Source: Candidatus Tectimicrobiota bacterium
GTDB lineage: Bacteria; JACPSX01
DNA length: 38,193 nt
Reading direction: 5' to 3'
NCBI GenBank assembly: GCA_016193065.1
Contig: JACPSX010000090.1
Coordinates: 1 to 38,193 of the forward strand
Shown: positions 1 to 8,373 of the stretch, piece by piece
Layout of the letters: every line of letters starts with the position of its first letter
How positions within the stretch are numbered: position 1 is the first letter of the stretch
Notes under the pieces: generated by a model
What the model saw: only the letters and a program-made list of their open reading frames with translations
Told to the model about the DNA's origin: nothing
The model's database searches: none
Made by a program: the position numbers and the translations under genes

Positions 1-404
1 TTCCCTTCCTGCTGAGCCTGTCTCTCCCCCGGGGGAACTCCCTTCCCGCGCTCCATCAGAGGAGACCCCTCTTCTTCCCCTTCCCCATCGGAGGGTAAGG
101 GAGGGAGTGAACAAGCCATTTTCAGAGCAGGGAAGAGCGGATGCCAGGCATTTTCGGACCCCCGTTGCCGGGCTGTCAAGGAGTAAATCGGACCCGGAAG
201 GGGAAGCCTTGGACTTCATGAAGGTCCTTGGGCACAGCAAAGACCCAGCGGGGAAGAAGGAGATATCAGACACCTGGCGGTGTGGGAGGGGTTCCGGATT
301 GATAGGGTGGATGATGACAAGCGTGGTTTATGATGGAGTGAATCGGTTTTCGAACCTGGTAAACGGACTGGTGGGGTCAGCGAGCCTTAGGCAGCCATAA
401 GTGA

Positions 405-544
405 ATTATGCCGTCCGTGACGGCAGCGTTTCACGGCCGTGGAGCAACTGCAAGATGCCTTGACAACTCCTTGGAACCGCAGGACAATCTTGGTTGTTAA
501 GGGAATTTTCGGCAACCGGGCTATCCCGACCAGCATACTCAATA
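405..544 (+). promoter_or_regulatory. 140-bp non-coding repeat, copy 1; putative integron Pc promoter/attI region
   Basis: Collinear with 3586-3725 (23 mismatches in 140 by manual alignment). Contains TTGACA(460-465)-17 nt-GACAAT. Homology stops immediately before GTTGGCC (545), a core-site-like heptamer followed by cassette-type ORFs. Confidence 0.55.
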
Positions 545-576
545 GTTGGCCCGGAAGGCAAGAGGAGAAGCCGCAT

Positions 577-807
577 ATGGGAACGAAGTTCGACGAGGTA
601 ACTACCGCTGCGATGGAGCTAAATATTGAAGAGCGAGCGGAGTTGGCCGGCAGGCTCCTGCTCAGCCTGGATGAGCCATCGGAGTCGGAGGTGGAGCGGC
701 TCTGGATCGAGGAGGCTGAGCGCCGCCTGAAGGAGTTCCGCGAGGGCAAAGTCCGAGGCATACCCGCTGACGAGGTATTCCGCCGCGCCATGGATGACAT
801 ATCGTGA
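577..807 (+). CDS. Addiction module antitoxin (TIGR02574/PF09720-like)
   Basis: ATG at 577 after GAGGAG; ERAELAGRLLLSL...WIEEAERR...GIPADEVF motif; overlaps the downstream ParE-type gene by 4 nt. Confidence 0.85.
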   Translation: MGTKFDEVTTAAMELNIEERAELAGRLLLSLDEPSESEVERLWIEEAERRLKEFREGKVRGIPADEVFRRAMDDIS

Positions 808-1130
808 ACTCCGAATTCCTGCCGGAAGCTGAGGAGGAGTTCCGGGAGGCGGCCCGGTACTACGAGAACGAGGCACCGGGGGTCGGCGTGGCTTTTGTCG
901 CCGAGGTTCGGAGGGCAATCACCTCGATTATCGAGAACCCGTATGCTGCCCCAGCGGTGGGTAGCGGCATCCGCAGGAAGGTGCTGAGCCATTTCCCTTA
1001 CAACGTTCTTTACGCCGTCGAGCCGGAGTTGATTGTGATCGTAGCGCTGGCCCACCAAAGAAGGCGGCCTAGGTACTGGCAAACGAGGATCAGACAACTC
1101 AGGGAACGGAGAAGCCGAACAACGGACTGA
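804..1130 (+). CDS. RelE/ParE family toxin
   Basis: FLPEAEEEFREAARYY...IRRKVLSHFPYNVLY...IVALAHQRRRPRYW; coupled to the upstream antitoxin. Confidence 0.9.
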   Translation: MNSEFLPEAEEEFREAARYYENEAPGVGVAFVAEVRRAITSIIENPYAAPAVGSGIRRKVLSHFPYNVLYAVEPELIVIVALAHQRRRPRYWQTRIRQLRERRSRTTD

Positions 1131-1210
1131 ACAGCGGACTGGCCTCCAGCGCTGCGCGCGGCCGGGGGCTGCATCGCCGCGTCACCTGCGGGCCTTGCCA
1201 TCACTTGGCA
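1114..1210 (+). other. Decayed attC-like site (left half recognisable)
   Basis: GCCGAAC inverse-core-like heptamer at the toxin 3' end, then AACGGACTGAACAGCGGAC and CGCGTCACC..CCTTGC resembling the intact attC at 4145-4241; no clean right core site. Confidence 0.4.
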
Positions 1211-1256
1211 GCTCAAATTTTTTGGGGTGAAGGTTAACTGTTCCGGAGGATGGACG

Positions 1257-1853
1257 ATGCCGGGAAGACAACCACGCAATCCGCGTCCGGTAAGGGCATA
1301 TGAGCTGAAGGTTACTCTGCGGGGGGTTCGACCACCGGTCTGGCGGCGCGTTAAGGTCCGGAGCGATATCACGCTGGAGGATTTCCACCGAGTTCTGCAA
1401 GTAGTGATGGGCTGGACCGACAACCACATGCACGCATTCCGAGCAGTTGGCAGAAAGGCGAAGACCCGCGCTGGCCAGGCGACAGTGGAGCGGCCTGAGG
1501 AACGCCAGACGCGGCTGGACGATTTCCTTCGGAAGCCCAAGGATCGCATGGTGTACGAGTACGACTTCGGTGACGGATGGGAGCACGAGATCTTGCTAGA
1601 GAGGGTCGCTGATCATCCGGCGGGAGCCCGCTATCCGTGGGTGCTCGGTGGAGCGAGAGCGTGCCCTCCGGAGGACGTCGGCGGCGTGGGGGGCTACGCC
1701 CGCTTCCTGGAGGCGATGCGGGAGCCGCGACATCCTGAACACGTGGAGATGATGGAGTGGCACGGCGGGCCCTTCGATCCCGCTGCATTCGACGCCCAGG
1801 CGTTGAACCGTGCATTCCACGGTGGATGGGCACCGGCGCAGCAGGACGGCTAA
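1257..1853 (+). CDS. Plasmid pRiA4b ORF-3 family protein
   Basis: YELKVTLRGVRPPVWRR, LQVVMGWTDNHMHAF, YEYDFGDGWEH, GARACPPEDVGG motifs; GGAGG RBS; stop overlaps GGCTAAC (inverse-core-like). Confidence 0.9.
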   Translation: MPGRQPRNPRPVRAYELKVTLRGVRPPVWRRVKVRSDITLEDFHRVLQVVMGWTDNHMHAFRAVGRKAKTRAGQATVERPEERQTRLDDFLRKPKDRMVYEYDFGDGWEHEILLERVADHPAGARYPWVLGGARACPPEDVGGVGGYARFLEAMREPRHPEHVEMMEWHGGPFDPAAFDAQALNRAFHGGWAPAQQDG

Positions 1854-1973
1854 CGGTCTCTTCGTCCGCTGGCCCGTGAACAGGCAGCACGGGTCGGGAG
1901 CCGGTCATGGCTTCACAGTTTGTTGTGAGGCGACGTGTTCAACCGAAGAGGCCGCTTCACCATGGGAGTCCAT

Positions 1974-2297
1974 ATGAAGATCGATATCGATAACCTCACT
2001 GAAGCAGAACTCATCGACCTGAACAACAGGATTGTTGAGCGGCTGAGGTTCCTACATCAGATGCGCGCCCACGCAAAGATGCTAGAATTCAAGATCGGTG
2101 ACCGTGTTTCATTTGAACCAGAAGGCCGTTCCGTCGTGGTTGGCATGCTCACTCGCTATAACAGGAAGACGGTTACAGTTATCACCGACGGCGGCGAGCG
2201 TTGGAACGTTGCACCGAGCCTGTTGCGCCGGCCGGAGGACTCGGGGCGCTCCGAAGATCACGCGCCAAACGTGATTCGCCTGCGCAAGAAGTATTGA
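1974..2297 (+). CDS. Conserved hypothetical protein (possible SH3-like C-terminus), cassette-type ORF
   Basis: GGAG RBS before ATG 1974; natural-looking sequence (FKIGDRVSF...YNRKTVTV...WNVAPSLL). Confidence 0.7.
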   Translation: MKIDIDNLTEAELIDLNNRIVERLRFLHQMRAHAKMLEFKIGDRVSFEPEGRSVVVGMLTRYNRKTVTVITDGGERWNVAPSLLRRPEDSGRSEDHAPNVIRLRKKY

Positions 2298-2340
2298 GGC
2301 GATGGTGGAATCATGTGAGGTGGGAGAACCATAGAATTCT

Positions 2341-2640
2341 TTGGGCGTTGAACTACAGGAAGCTCGGGCTCGACACGTCACGGTCACTGAGGAAGCAGTA
2401 AGCGTTGATCTCGTAGATGGTCGGACCATCATTGTGCCCCAAGTCTGGTATCCTCGTCTGTGGCATGGCACACCTGAGGAGCGCAACCATGTGGAGATCT
2501 TCGGGGACGGGGCGTCTCTTTTCTGGCCGGATCTGGACGAGGATCTGACTGTGGCCGGCCTTCTGGCCGGTCGCCGCTCCGGAGAGAGTCCTCAATCCCT
2601 GAAGAAATGGTTGGAGGCGCGCCCGGCCGAGGGGGAATAA
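2341..2640 (+). CDS. DUF2442 domain protein (antitoxin-like); usual upstream partner absent
   Basis: VDLVDGRTIIVP..WYPRL.HGTPEER...LFWPDLDEDLTVAGLL motif; native start may be damaged (ATAG-AAT-TCT-TTG). Confidence 0.8.
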   Translation: MGVELQEARARHVTVTEEAVSVDLVDGRTIIVPQVWYPRLWHGTPEERNHVEIFGDGASLFWPDLDEDLTVAGLLAGRRSGESPQSLKKWLEARPAEGE

Positions 2641-2716
2641 GCCTCGGTGACAAGGCGGAAGCAGCGGTGGGGCCGTGCTCGGTGGACTCCACGTCGACGA
2701 AGGCCTCAGCAGCGTG

Positions 2717-2899
2717 TTAGCCATGACTCTCCAGCATCTTGATAATGTGCTTGGCCAGGGAATCCTTGATCTCAGTGTGGCGGGGAATCGGTTGGACTAC
2801 TTTCGTGGAGGGATTCTAATACCAGTCGTGCTTCGCACCGTGCCGGATCAGAACACATCCCACTTCGGTTAAGCGTCGAATTAGCTCCCGGCGCTTCAT
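2717..2899 (-). pseudogene. hicA: HicA toxin with in-frame TAG at codon 28
   Basis: Manual translation MKRRELIRRLTEVGCVLIRHGAKHDWY*NPSTKVVQPIPRHTEIKDSLAKHIIKMLESHG; stop at 2816-2818; ATGA overlap with hicB; absent from the ORF track. Confidence 0.85.
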
Positions 2900-3084
2900 C
2901 CTAATTCTAGCTCGGTAACCCGGCGGACATTTGGGATCACCCCGGAAGTCAAGTCATTGTACAGATCCCTCAAGTGTTCTTGCAGGTCCTCGAGACTCAC
3001 TCCCTGGGTCCAGTAGTCTGGAAACTCCTCTAGGTAGCCAAGCCACGTATCGTCTTCTTGCCAATGAACATAACGGACAGTCAT
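2896..3084 (-). CDS. hicB: HicB family antitoxin (short form)
   Basis: WLGYLEEFPDYWTQGVSLEDLQEHLRDLY motif; coupled to hicA. Confidence 0.85.
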   Translation of the reverse strand: MTVRYVHWQEDDTWLGYLEEFPDYWTQGVSLEDLQEHLRDLYNDLTSGVIPNVRRVTELELG

Positions 3085-3134
3085 GGGTTCGCGTTCCTTT
3101 TCTGAGACAATATTATGCCACCACTTCGGTCGGC

Positions 3135-3555
3135 CTACAAGACGTTATCATGGACCGTGTACCAGCATTCCGCCTCGCTGTGGGTCTTGATGGAGCCCAG
3201 GGACGAGGCCATGATCTGGATGCGCGCCGTCTTTACGAGAGGAAAGCCCGTCTCCGAGCGTCTCACATGTCCAGCAAGGCCCGGACTTCCCGGTGGAATC
3301 GCTCCAGTTGCTGCGTGGGGTCCAGGGAAGCAAACATGATGACGGTGCACTTAAAAGCGGCCACAGTCTTCTTGAACCCGATCCAGCGATTGATGACCTT
3401 CGCCACTTCCTTCGCAGGGCCGTAACGACCGCTTGCCTTCAGGGATTCGAGGGCTGGATTTCCCCGGACCTGGAAGAAGCTCTCTCGCACTCTCGTGTTG
3501 TAGAAGCTATGGGCCTCCCGCAGCGCGTTGTCCGGGTCATCGGGATTGAAACCTG
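3135..3555 (-). pseudogene. Collapsed, diverged copy of the 3' ends of the LLM gene (5118-6143) and class II aldolase gene (4402-5079)
   Basis: 3262-3550 aligns with 5116-5405 (RESFFQV.GNPALE...EVR.LLDM*); 3169-3247 aligns with about 4487-4567 (LVKTARIQIMAS.LG..KTHSEAE); the 12-mer GTCTCCGAGCGT (3250-3261) equals 4639-4650 and sits between two deletions. Confidence 0.9.
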
Positions 3556-3585
3556 AAGACGGACTGACGGGGTTGTCGTAAATGG

Positions 3586-3725
3586 ATTATGCCGTCCGTG
3601 ACGGCAGTGTTTCACGGCCGTAGGGGAGTTGTAAGATGTCTTGACAACTCCTTGGAACGGCAGGAAAATCTTAGGTGCTAAGGGAATTTTCGGGGACCGT
3701 GCTATGTTGAACCGTGTACTCAATA
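3586..3725 (+). promoter_or_regulatory. 140-bp non-coding repeat, copy 2; putative Pc/attI region
   Basis: About 84% identical to 405-544; TTGACA(3641-3646)-17 nt-GAAAAT; followed by one ORF and a complete attC. Confidence 0.55.
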
Positions 3726-3762
3726 TCTCGACAGGAGTTGGTAGTCGAGCGTGGGGAGACTG

Positions 3763-4128
3763 ATGAGGCTGAGCGTCAAGAGTCTGACGACTGGCTTGCA
3801 CTTCCACGGAGAGGTGCAAGGCAAGCGCCAGCATTACTACGTCCTGTCCAGCGCGCGGCAGTACTTCGTCATGTCCGTCTCCATCAGTAAGCGGGATGCA
3901 GGGAACTTCAACCTTGTCGGCAGATCCGCCGTACACCAGCTCTACCGTCGGCTTCGTGGTCAGCAGGGGCTGACAGCAAAGGTCGTCTTCACTCGTTCAA
4001 GAAACCGGCGCCTTGTGCCCTCGCATCTGGCGGCGCTGAACATGCTCTACGTCTTGGTTGCCACGGGCCGGGCGAGCATCGATGGGCGTCATAGGTCGCG
4101 AGAGCTCTTCTTCAACGTGAAGGCGTAG
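3763..4128 (+). CDS. Hypothetical protein, integron gene cassette ORF
   Basis: GGAG RBS and ATG 3763; followed 17 nt after the stop by an attC. Confidence 0.65.
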   Translation: MRLSVKSLTTGLHFHGEVQGKRQHYYVLSSARQYFVMSVSISKRDAGNFNLVGRSAVHQLYRRLRGQQGLTAKVVFTRSRNRRLVPSHLAALNMLYVLVATGRASIDGRHRSRELFFNVKA

Positions 4129-4144
4129 GTAGCAGTGGAGAGCC

Positions 4145-4241
4145 AGATAACATGCGCATTCGGCCGCCGGTCTCGCGTGTCACCGCCCTTGCACGGCGAC
4201 GGCCGCTCCACAGGGCCCGGGGCTGATGCGCAGCGTTGGCC
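4145..4241 (+). other. Integron attC site
   Basis: AGATAAC...TGCGCAT(T)CGGCC pairs with GGCTGATGCGCA (one extrahelical base), ending in GTTGGCC; 97 bp, directly after a cassette ORF. Confidence 0.75.
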
Positions 4242-4401
4242 CCAGTCACAGAAATCGATAGGACGGTCCATGAGGCTGCTCGAACGGCGCAAGGTCATCT
4301 GGTGGAGTTTCCTCGGGGGATGTTCAGTACCCCATCGGTGCCATCCATCAGAAACTTGCAGGCGGGCAAAAACCCGCCTGAGTACCACCCCCCGACGTGC
4401 C

Positions 4402-5079
4402 TTAGCCCAAAGTCTCTGAGATGTAGTAATCCAGGAAGCGGCGGCGGCCGCGCTCACCCGACTCCACGTCCACGACGGCTTTTGCCTCGGCCTCGCTGTG
4501 GGTCTTGAGCGTACCCAGAGCCGAGGCCATGATCTGGATGCGCGCGGTCTTTACGAGGGTGATGCCCAGCCGCAGAAGTTCGTCCAGGTCGTCGGCCACG
4601 ACCGTGGCGCCGTGGCCGCGCAGGAGGACGGCATTGCGGTCTCCGAGCGTGCGGGCCAGTTGGTCTCCCAGAGCTTCTGACCTGATCAGCGCGGAAGAAT
4701 CGAAGATGGGGGTTCCCCGGTAGAAAAAGGCGCCGCAATTGGCCACGACCTTGACCCCCTGTCCGACCACGCTCAGGGCGATGAGCTCGTCGGGATGGTA
4801 GTGAAGAATGCACTTTACGTCCGGCCTGGCTTTGTAAATGGAGGTGTGCATGGGGACCTCCCCGTTGGGCTCGCCGGACCCTTCCAGCTTTTCCCCCTTC
4901 ATACTCAGGATGATGAAATCCCGCATGGAGACTTTGCCGGGGGGCATCTTCGGAGTGCTCAGGATCCGATCTTCGGAGATGCGCGTGGTGACGTGACCGA
5001 ACCCGTCCAGCAGCCCCTGGCGATCGAGGATCTTGCAGACCAGGAGAATTTTTTCCTTGAGGGATTGAAGATTTTCCAC
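4402..5079 (-). CDS. Class II aldolase/adducin family protein
   Basis: GFGHVT.R, GEVPMHTSIY.ARPDV..ILHYHP, LLRGHG metal-binding motifs; GTG start after GGAGG. Confidence 0.9.
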   Translation of the reverse strand: MENLQSLKEKILLVCKILDRQGLLDGFGHVTTRISEDRILSTPKMPPGKVSMRDFIILSMKGEKLEGSGEPNGEVPMHTSIYKARPDVKCILHYHPDELIALSVVGQGVKVVANCGAFFYRGTPIFDSSALIRSEALGDQLARTLGDRNAVLLRGHGATVVADDLDELLRLGITLVKTARIQIMASALGTLKTHSEAEAKAVVDVESGERGRRRFLDYYISETLG

Positions 5080-5117
5080 TTTCTTGCCTCCGTAAGATAT
5101 GCCCGGCGCCGACCCTC

Positions 5118-6143
5118 TCACATGTCCAGCAAAGGCCGGACTTCCTTGTGGAATCGCTCCAGTTGCTGCACCGGGTCCAGAGAAGCGAACATGATGACGA
5201 TGCGCTTCAGTGCGGGCACGGTCTTCTTGAACCCGAGCCAGCGATTGATCACCTTCGCTACTTCCTCCGCAGGGCCGTAACAGCCGCTGGCCCTCAAGGC
5301 TTCAAGGGCTGGATTTCCCTGCACCTGGAAAAAGCTCTCGCGCACCCTCGTGTTGTAAAAGCTGTAGGCCTCCCGCAGGGCCTTGTCCGGATCTTTGTCA
5401 ATGTTGAACTGGGTGTAACTGGTCACCGTCAGGTCAAAATCCTCGTCGTTCAGGGAACGTCCCTCCTGGCTCGCTGCTTCCTTGATGAGCGCCATTCCTT
5501 CCCGGCAGGCGTCCAGGTCGGGTCTCCCTCCGGGTATCCAACCATTGGCGAAACGGGCCGCCCGCCGGATCCCCCGGTGGTTCCATCCCGCCTTGCGGTT
5601 GACTCCCGGAGCGCCCCGCTGGATGTTCGTGTAGAGACCGCCCATCAGGATCGGGGGGTAGGGCTTGTGGAGAGGCTTCGGAACCACGATCGCTTCGTGC
5701 AAGCGATAATATTTCCCCTCATACGTCACGTCTTCTTCCGTCCATAGGCGGGTCATGATCTCCAGCGCCTCATCCATCCGCTTGCCCCTCTCCGGGAACG
5801 ATAATCCCATATGGTCGAATGCCTTGGGAATCCACCCCGTACCGACGCCAAACAGAAACCTCCCCCGGGAGAGGTGATCCAGGGTCACAACCCGCCGGGC
5901 CAGATCGATGGGCTGGTACAAGGGGACCTGAAGGACATTCGTCCCCAGCTTGATCTTCTTGGTCTTGGCGGCAGCCGCGCACAGCGTGTCCAGCGTGTCG
6001 AAGGCGGCCACGTCCCTGGCGACGGAGTGGGGCATCCAGAACGATTCGTAGCCGAGCGTCTCCACTTGTTCGGCGACTTCCACGCGCACGGAGACCGGAA
6101 TTTCGTGAATACTCGCCGGCACGGCAAATCCGAACTCCACCAT
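5118..6143 (-). CDS. LLM class (luciferase-like) flavin/F420-dependent oxidoreductase
   Basis: TKKIKLGTNVL, TLDHLSRGRFLFGVGTGW, RGKRMDEALE, PKPLHKPYPPILMGG; start 6143 after AGGAGAG. Confidence 0.9.
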   Translation of the reverse strand: MVEFGFAVPASIHEIPVSVRVEVAEQVETLGYESFWMPHSVARDVAAFDTLDTLCAAAAKTKKIKLGTNVLQVPLYQPIDLARRVVTLDHLSRGRFLFGVGTGWIPKAFDHMGLSFPERGKRMDEALEIMTRLWTEEDVTYEGKYYRLHEAIVVPKPLHKPYPPILMGGLYTNIQRGAPGVNRKAGWNHRGIRRAARFANGWIPGGRPDLDACREGMALIKEAASQEGRSLNDEDFDLTVTSYTQFNIDKDPDKALREAYSFYNTRVRESFFQVQGNPALEALRASGCYGPAEEVAKVINRWLGFKKTVPALKRIVIMFASLDPVQQLERFHKEVRPLLDM

Positions 6144-6160
6144 GGCAGCCTCTCCTCTTC

Positions 6161-7297
6161 CTACTTGCGGGTTAACAAGCGGCCGATCTCTTCTTCCCAG
6201 GCTTGCACTTCCGGCGTGGACTTGTAGCGCAAGCGTTCCTGAGTCCACAGCCAGGGGCGAATCCTTTGCCACTCCGGTCCCAAATCGAAAGAGGATTTGG
6301 CCGGGTAATAGAAATTCGGGTTGCTGGCAACCTCCTGCCAGATTTTCAAACTATCGGGTCCTGCCAGGAAGGCGGCCAGCAACTTGGCAGCGTTGGGATG
6401 ACGGGCATTGGTCCGCACCGCGACGATGTGCTGGCTCACGTAAGCGGCATCCAGCGGCCTGAAGCCTACGGCGAGGCCTCGGGACTTGACCTGATGGGCA
6501 AAGGTTTCGGTGATCAATGCCACCAGGGGGTATTCACCCATGGTAAAGCGATTGATTGCGGTGGGCCACGTGGTGACCGCCGCCCCGTTCTTCAAGATGG
6601 CCTCCACCAACGCGAGGCTTGGCTGCCGGCCCATGGACAGGAGCTGGGTCATCCATGTCGAGGTGTAAGGGGGAATGAGCACTTTCCCCCGCCACTTCGG
6701 ATTGGCCAGGTCCTTCAGGCTCCCGGGTACCTCTTCGGGGCGAACCGCCTTGGAATTGTACAGGAGACCGACAAACGACGTGTTGACCACCAGGCCAGAG
6801 CCGCCAAAGGCAACAATCTCCGGGGGCGTTCCTGGAGTTAGCAAGGATCCCCACTCCACGCGCTCAATGGCGCCTGCCTCGGCGAGTTCCAATATGTGGG
6901 ACTCCCCGCCGGTCATGAGATCGAAGCTCGGGGGGGTTCCGGCCTTGTGCTCCGTGAGGGCCTGCACCTGGATCGCCGGGTAGTTCGTCGTGGGAGAATA
7001 ATTGATCCGCAAATCAAAACCGTACTTTTTCCGAATCGCCTCTTGAACCGCCGCCACCCCTCGGGGGGTCAGCGAGGCCTGCAGCGTGGCATCCACGACC
7101 CCCTCGCGCTTGGCTCCCTCCACGATTCGGGCCAGCGCGTCTGCGGCCGGCGCTCCTCCCGACGATGCGGCCGCTACCCTCTCTGCTTTTTGCGCCATCC
7201 CCTCCAGCGGATGCACCAAGACTCCAGCCCCCAGGATCCATACGACCATGAGGAACAGCACGCTCAGTCGCCACCCGGGCCAAATTCTCCAGACCAT
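6161..7297 (-). CDS. ABC transporter extracellular solute-binding protein (Fe3+/polyamine-type family)
   Basis: Signal peptide; GAKREG, LYNSKAV..EEVP.SLKDLANPKWRGK, ARHPNAAKL motifs. Confidence 0.85.
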   Translation of the reverse strand: MVWRIWPGWRLSVLFLMVVWILGAGVLVHPLEGMAQKAERVAAASSGGAPAADALARIVEGAKREGVVDATLQASLTPRGVAAVQEAIRKKYGFDLRINYSPTTNYPAIQVQALTEHKAGTPPSFDLMTGGESHILELAEAGAIERVEWGSLLTPGTPPEIVAFGGSGLVVNTSFVGLLYNSKAVRPEEVPGSLKDLANPKWRGKVLIPPYTSTWMTQLLSMGRQPSLALVEAILKNGAAVTTWPTAINRFTMGEYPLVALITETFAHQVKSRGLAVGFRPLDAAYVSQHIVAVRTNARHPNAAKLLAAFLAGPDSLKIWQEVASNPNFYYPAKSSFDLGPEWQRIRPWLWTQERLRYKSTPEVQAWEEEIGRLLTRK

Positions 7298-7519
7298 GGG
7301 TTCCTCCCTTCTCAAGACTCCGCAGGGAAAACAACATGCCTACTCTGGCACCAGTGCCGTTTGGTCTAGCAGCAAGCACCGCAGCCTATTGCTGTCTTGC
7401 CCTAACTGATAAACATGAGGTTTTGGTACTTGATCTTCTAACATTGCCCGGCGGAGCTGTCAAGGAGGCCGAGTAATCTCTCCCGGTTGGGAAAGGTGCG
7501 GTCCTTACGCAGTAAAAGC

Positions 7520-8320
7520 TCAAAGGACGAACCGGAGCGTTCCTCCATCAACGATGACATAGCTCCCGGTCAGCGCTCCGGCCCTTTCCGAGGCCAGAAA
7601 AACCACGACGTTGGCCACTTCCTCCGGTTCAGGGAGTCTGCCGATCAGCGTGTTCTCCCGCGCGTAACGCGTCAGTGCCTCCTCAACGGAACTCATACCG
7701 TAACCTCGCGCAATCCGTTCTCCCACGCTCCCGGGTGCCAGGATCCGGTGCGGAGTCATGAAGATCCCCGGGCAGACTGCGTTGACACGGACCCGATAGG
7801 GGGCCATTTCAATGGCGAGTCCCAGGGTGTAGTTGTTCAGCGCTGCCTTAGCCGCTCCCAGGGGAGAAATCTCCCGGGGTCTCTTGGCAGCAACGGAGGA
7901 AAGATTGATGATCGCCCCCGAACGCTGCTCCTTCATGAGACCGGAAACTTCCTGGCAACACCATCTCGCACTGTGCAGGTACTGCCGGAGGTGATCCTCC
8001 CAGCCCTCGTCCGTGCGAGCTCCCTCTCCGCGCACGGCTTCACCCGCGTTGTTGACGAGCACATCAATCCGGCCGAACCGTTCCTTGACGGACGAGATGA
8101 ATGCTTTCAACTGAGCGGGGATGGATACATCGGCCTGGAGGGCCAGCACTTCGGCGCCAAGGCTCTCAATCTCGTCTTTTACGGCTTTCAAGCGCTCCAC
8201 GTTGCGGGCGCAGATGGCCACCTTTGCCCCCTCCTTGGCAAAGAGGCAAGCGCAGGCTTTGCCCACCCCGCGGGTTCCTCCCGTCACGACCGCCACCTTG
8301 TTTGAAAGGCCAAGGTCCAC
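7520..8320 (-). CDS. Short-chain dehydrogenase/reductase, atypical (LxxxK instead of YxxxK)
   Basis: TGGTRGVG, LVNNAG, INLSS, RVNAVCPG; catalytic segment reads SPLGAAKAAL. Confidence 0.9.
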   Translation of the reverse strand: MDLGLSNKVAVVTGGTRGVGKACACLFAKEGAKVAICARNVERLKAVKDEIESLGAEVLALQADVSIPAQLKAFISSVKERFGRIDVLVNNAGEAVRGEGARTDEGWEDHLRQYLHSARWCCQEVSGLMKEQRSGAIINLSSVAAKRPREISPLGAAKAALNNYTLGLAIEMAPYRVRVNAVCPGIFMTPHRILAPGSVGERIARGYGMSSVEEALTRYARENTLIGRLPEPEEVANVVVFLASERAGALTGSYVIVDGGTLRFVL

Positions 8321-8373
8321 TCATCCCCTCCGTAGGGCGATTGCCAGATCCTTCCAACTCCCCGATGGACTTT

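Noticed and set aside
1-400. ORF 107-400 as a real gene, or a further displaced gene tail
   Set aside because: No family motif and no similarity to the LLM or aldolase tails; looks intergenic, with purine/pyrimidine-rich hairpins and a leftward TTGACA.
2816-2818. Amber readthrough or recoding in hicA
   Set aside because: TAG is used as a normal stop by many genes here; a single CAG-to-TAG change is simpler and fits the other toxin lesions.
3135-5410. Spliced or retro-copied transcript of the LLM-aldolase operon, or DGR template
   Set aside because: A residual 12-mer between two gaps indicates stepwise deletions, and divergence is general rather than A-specific.
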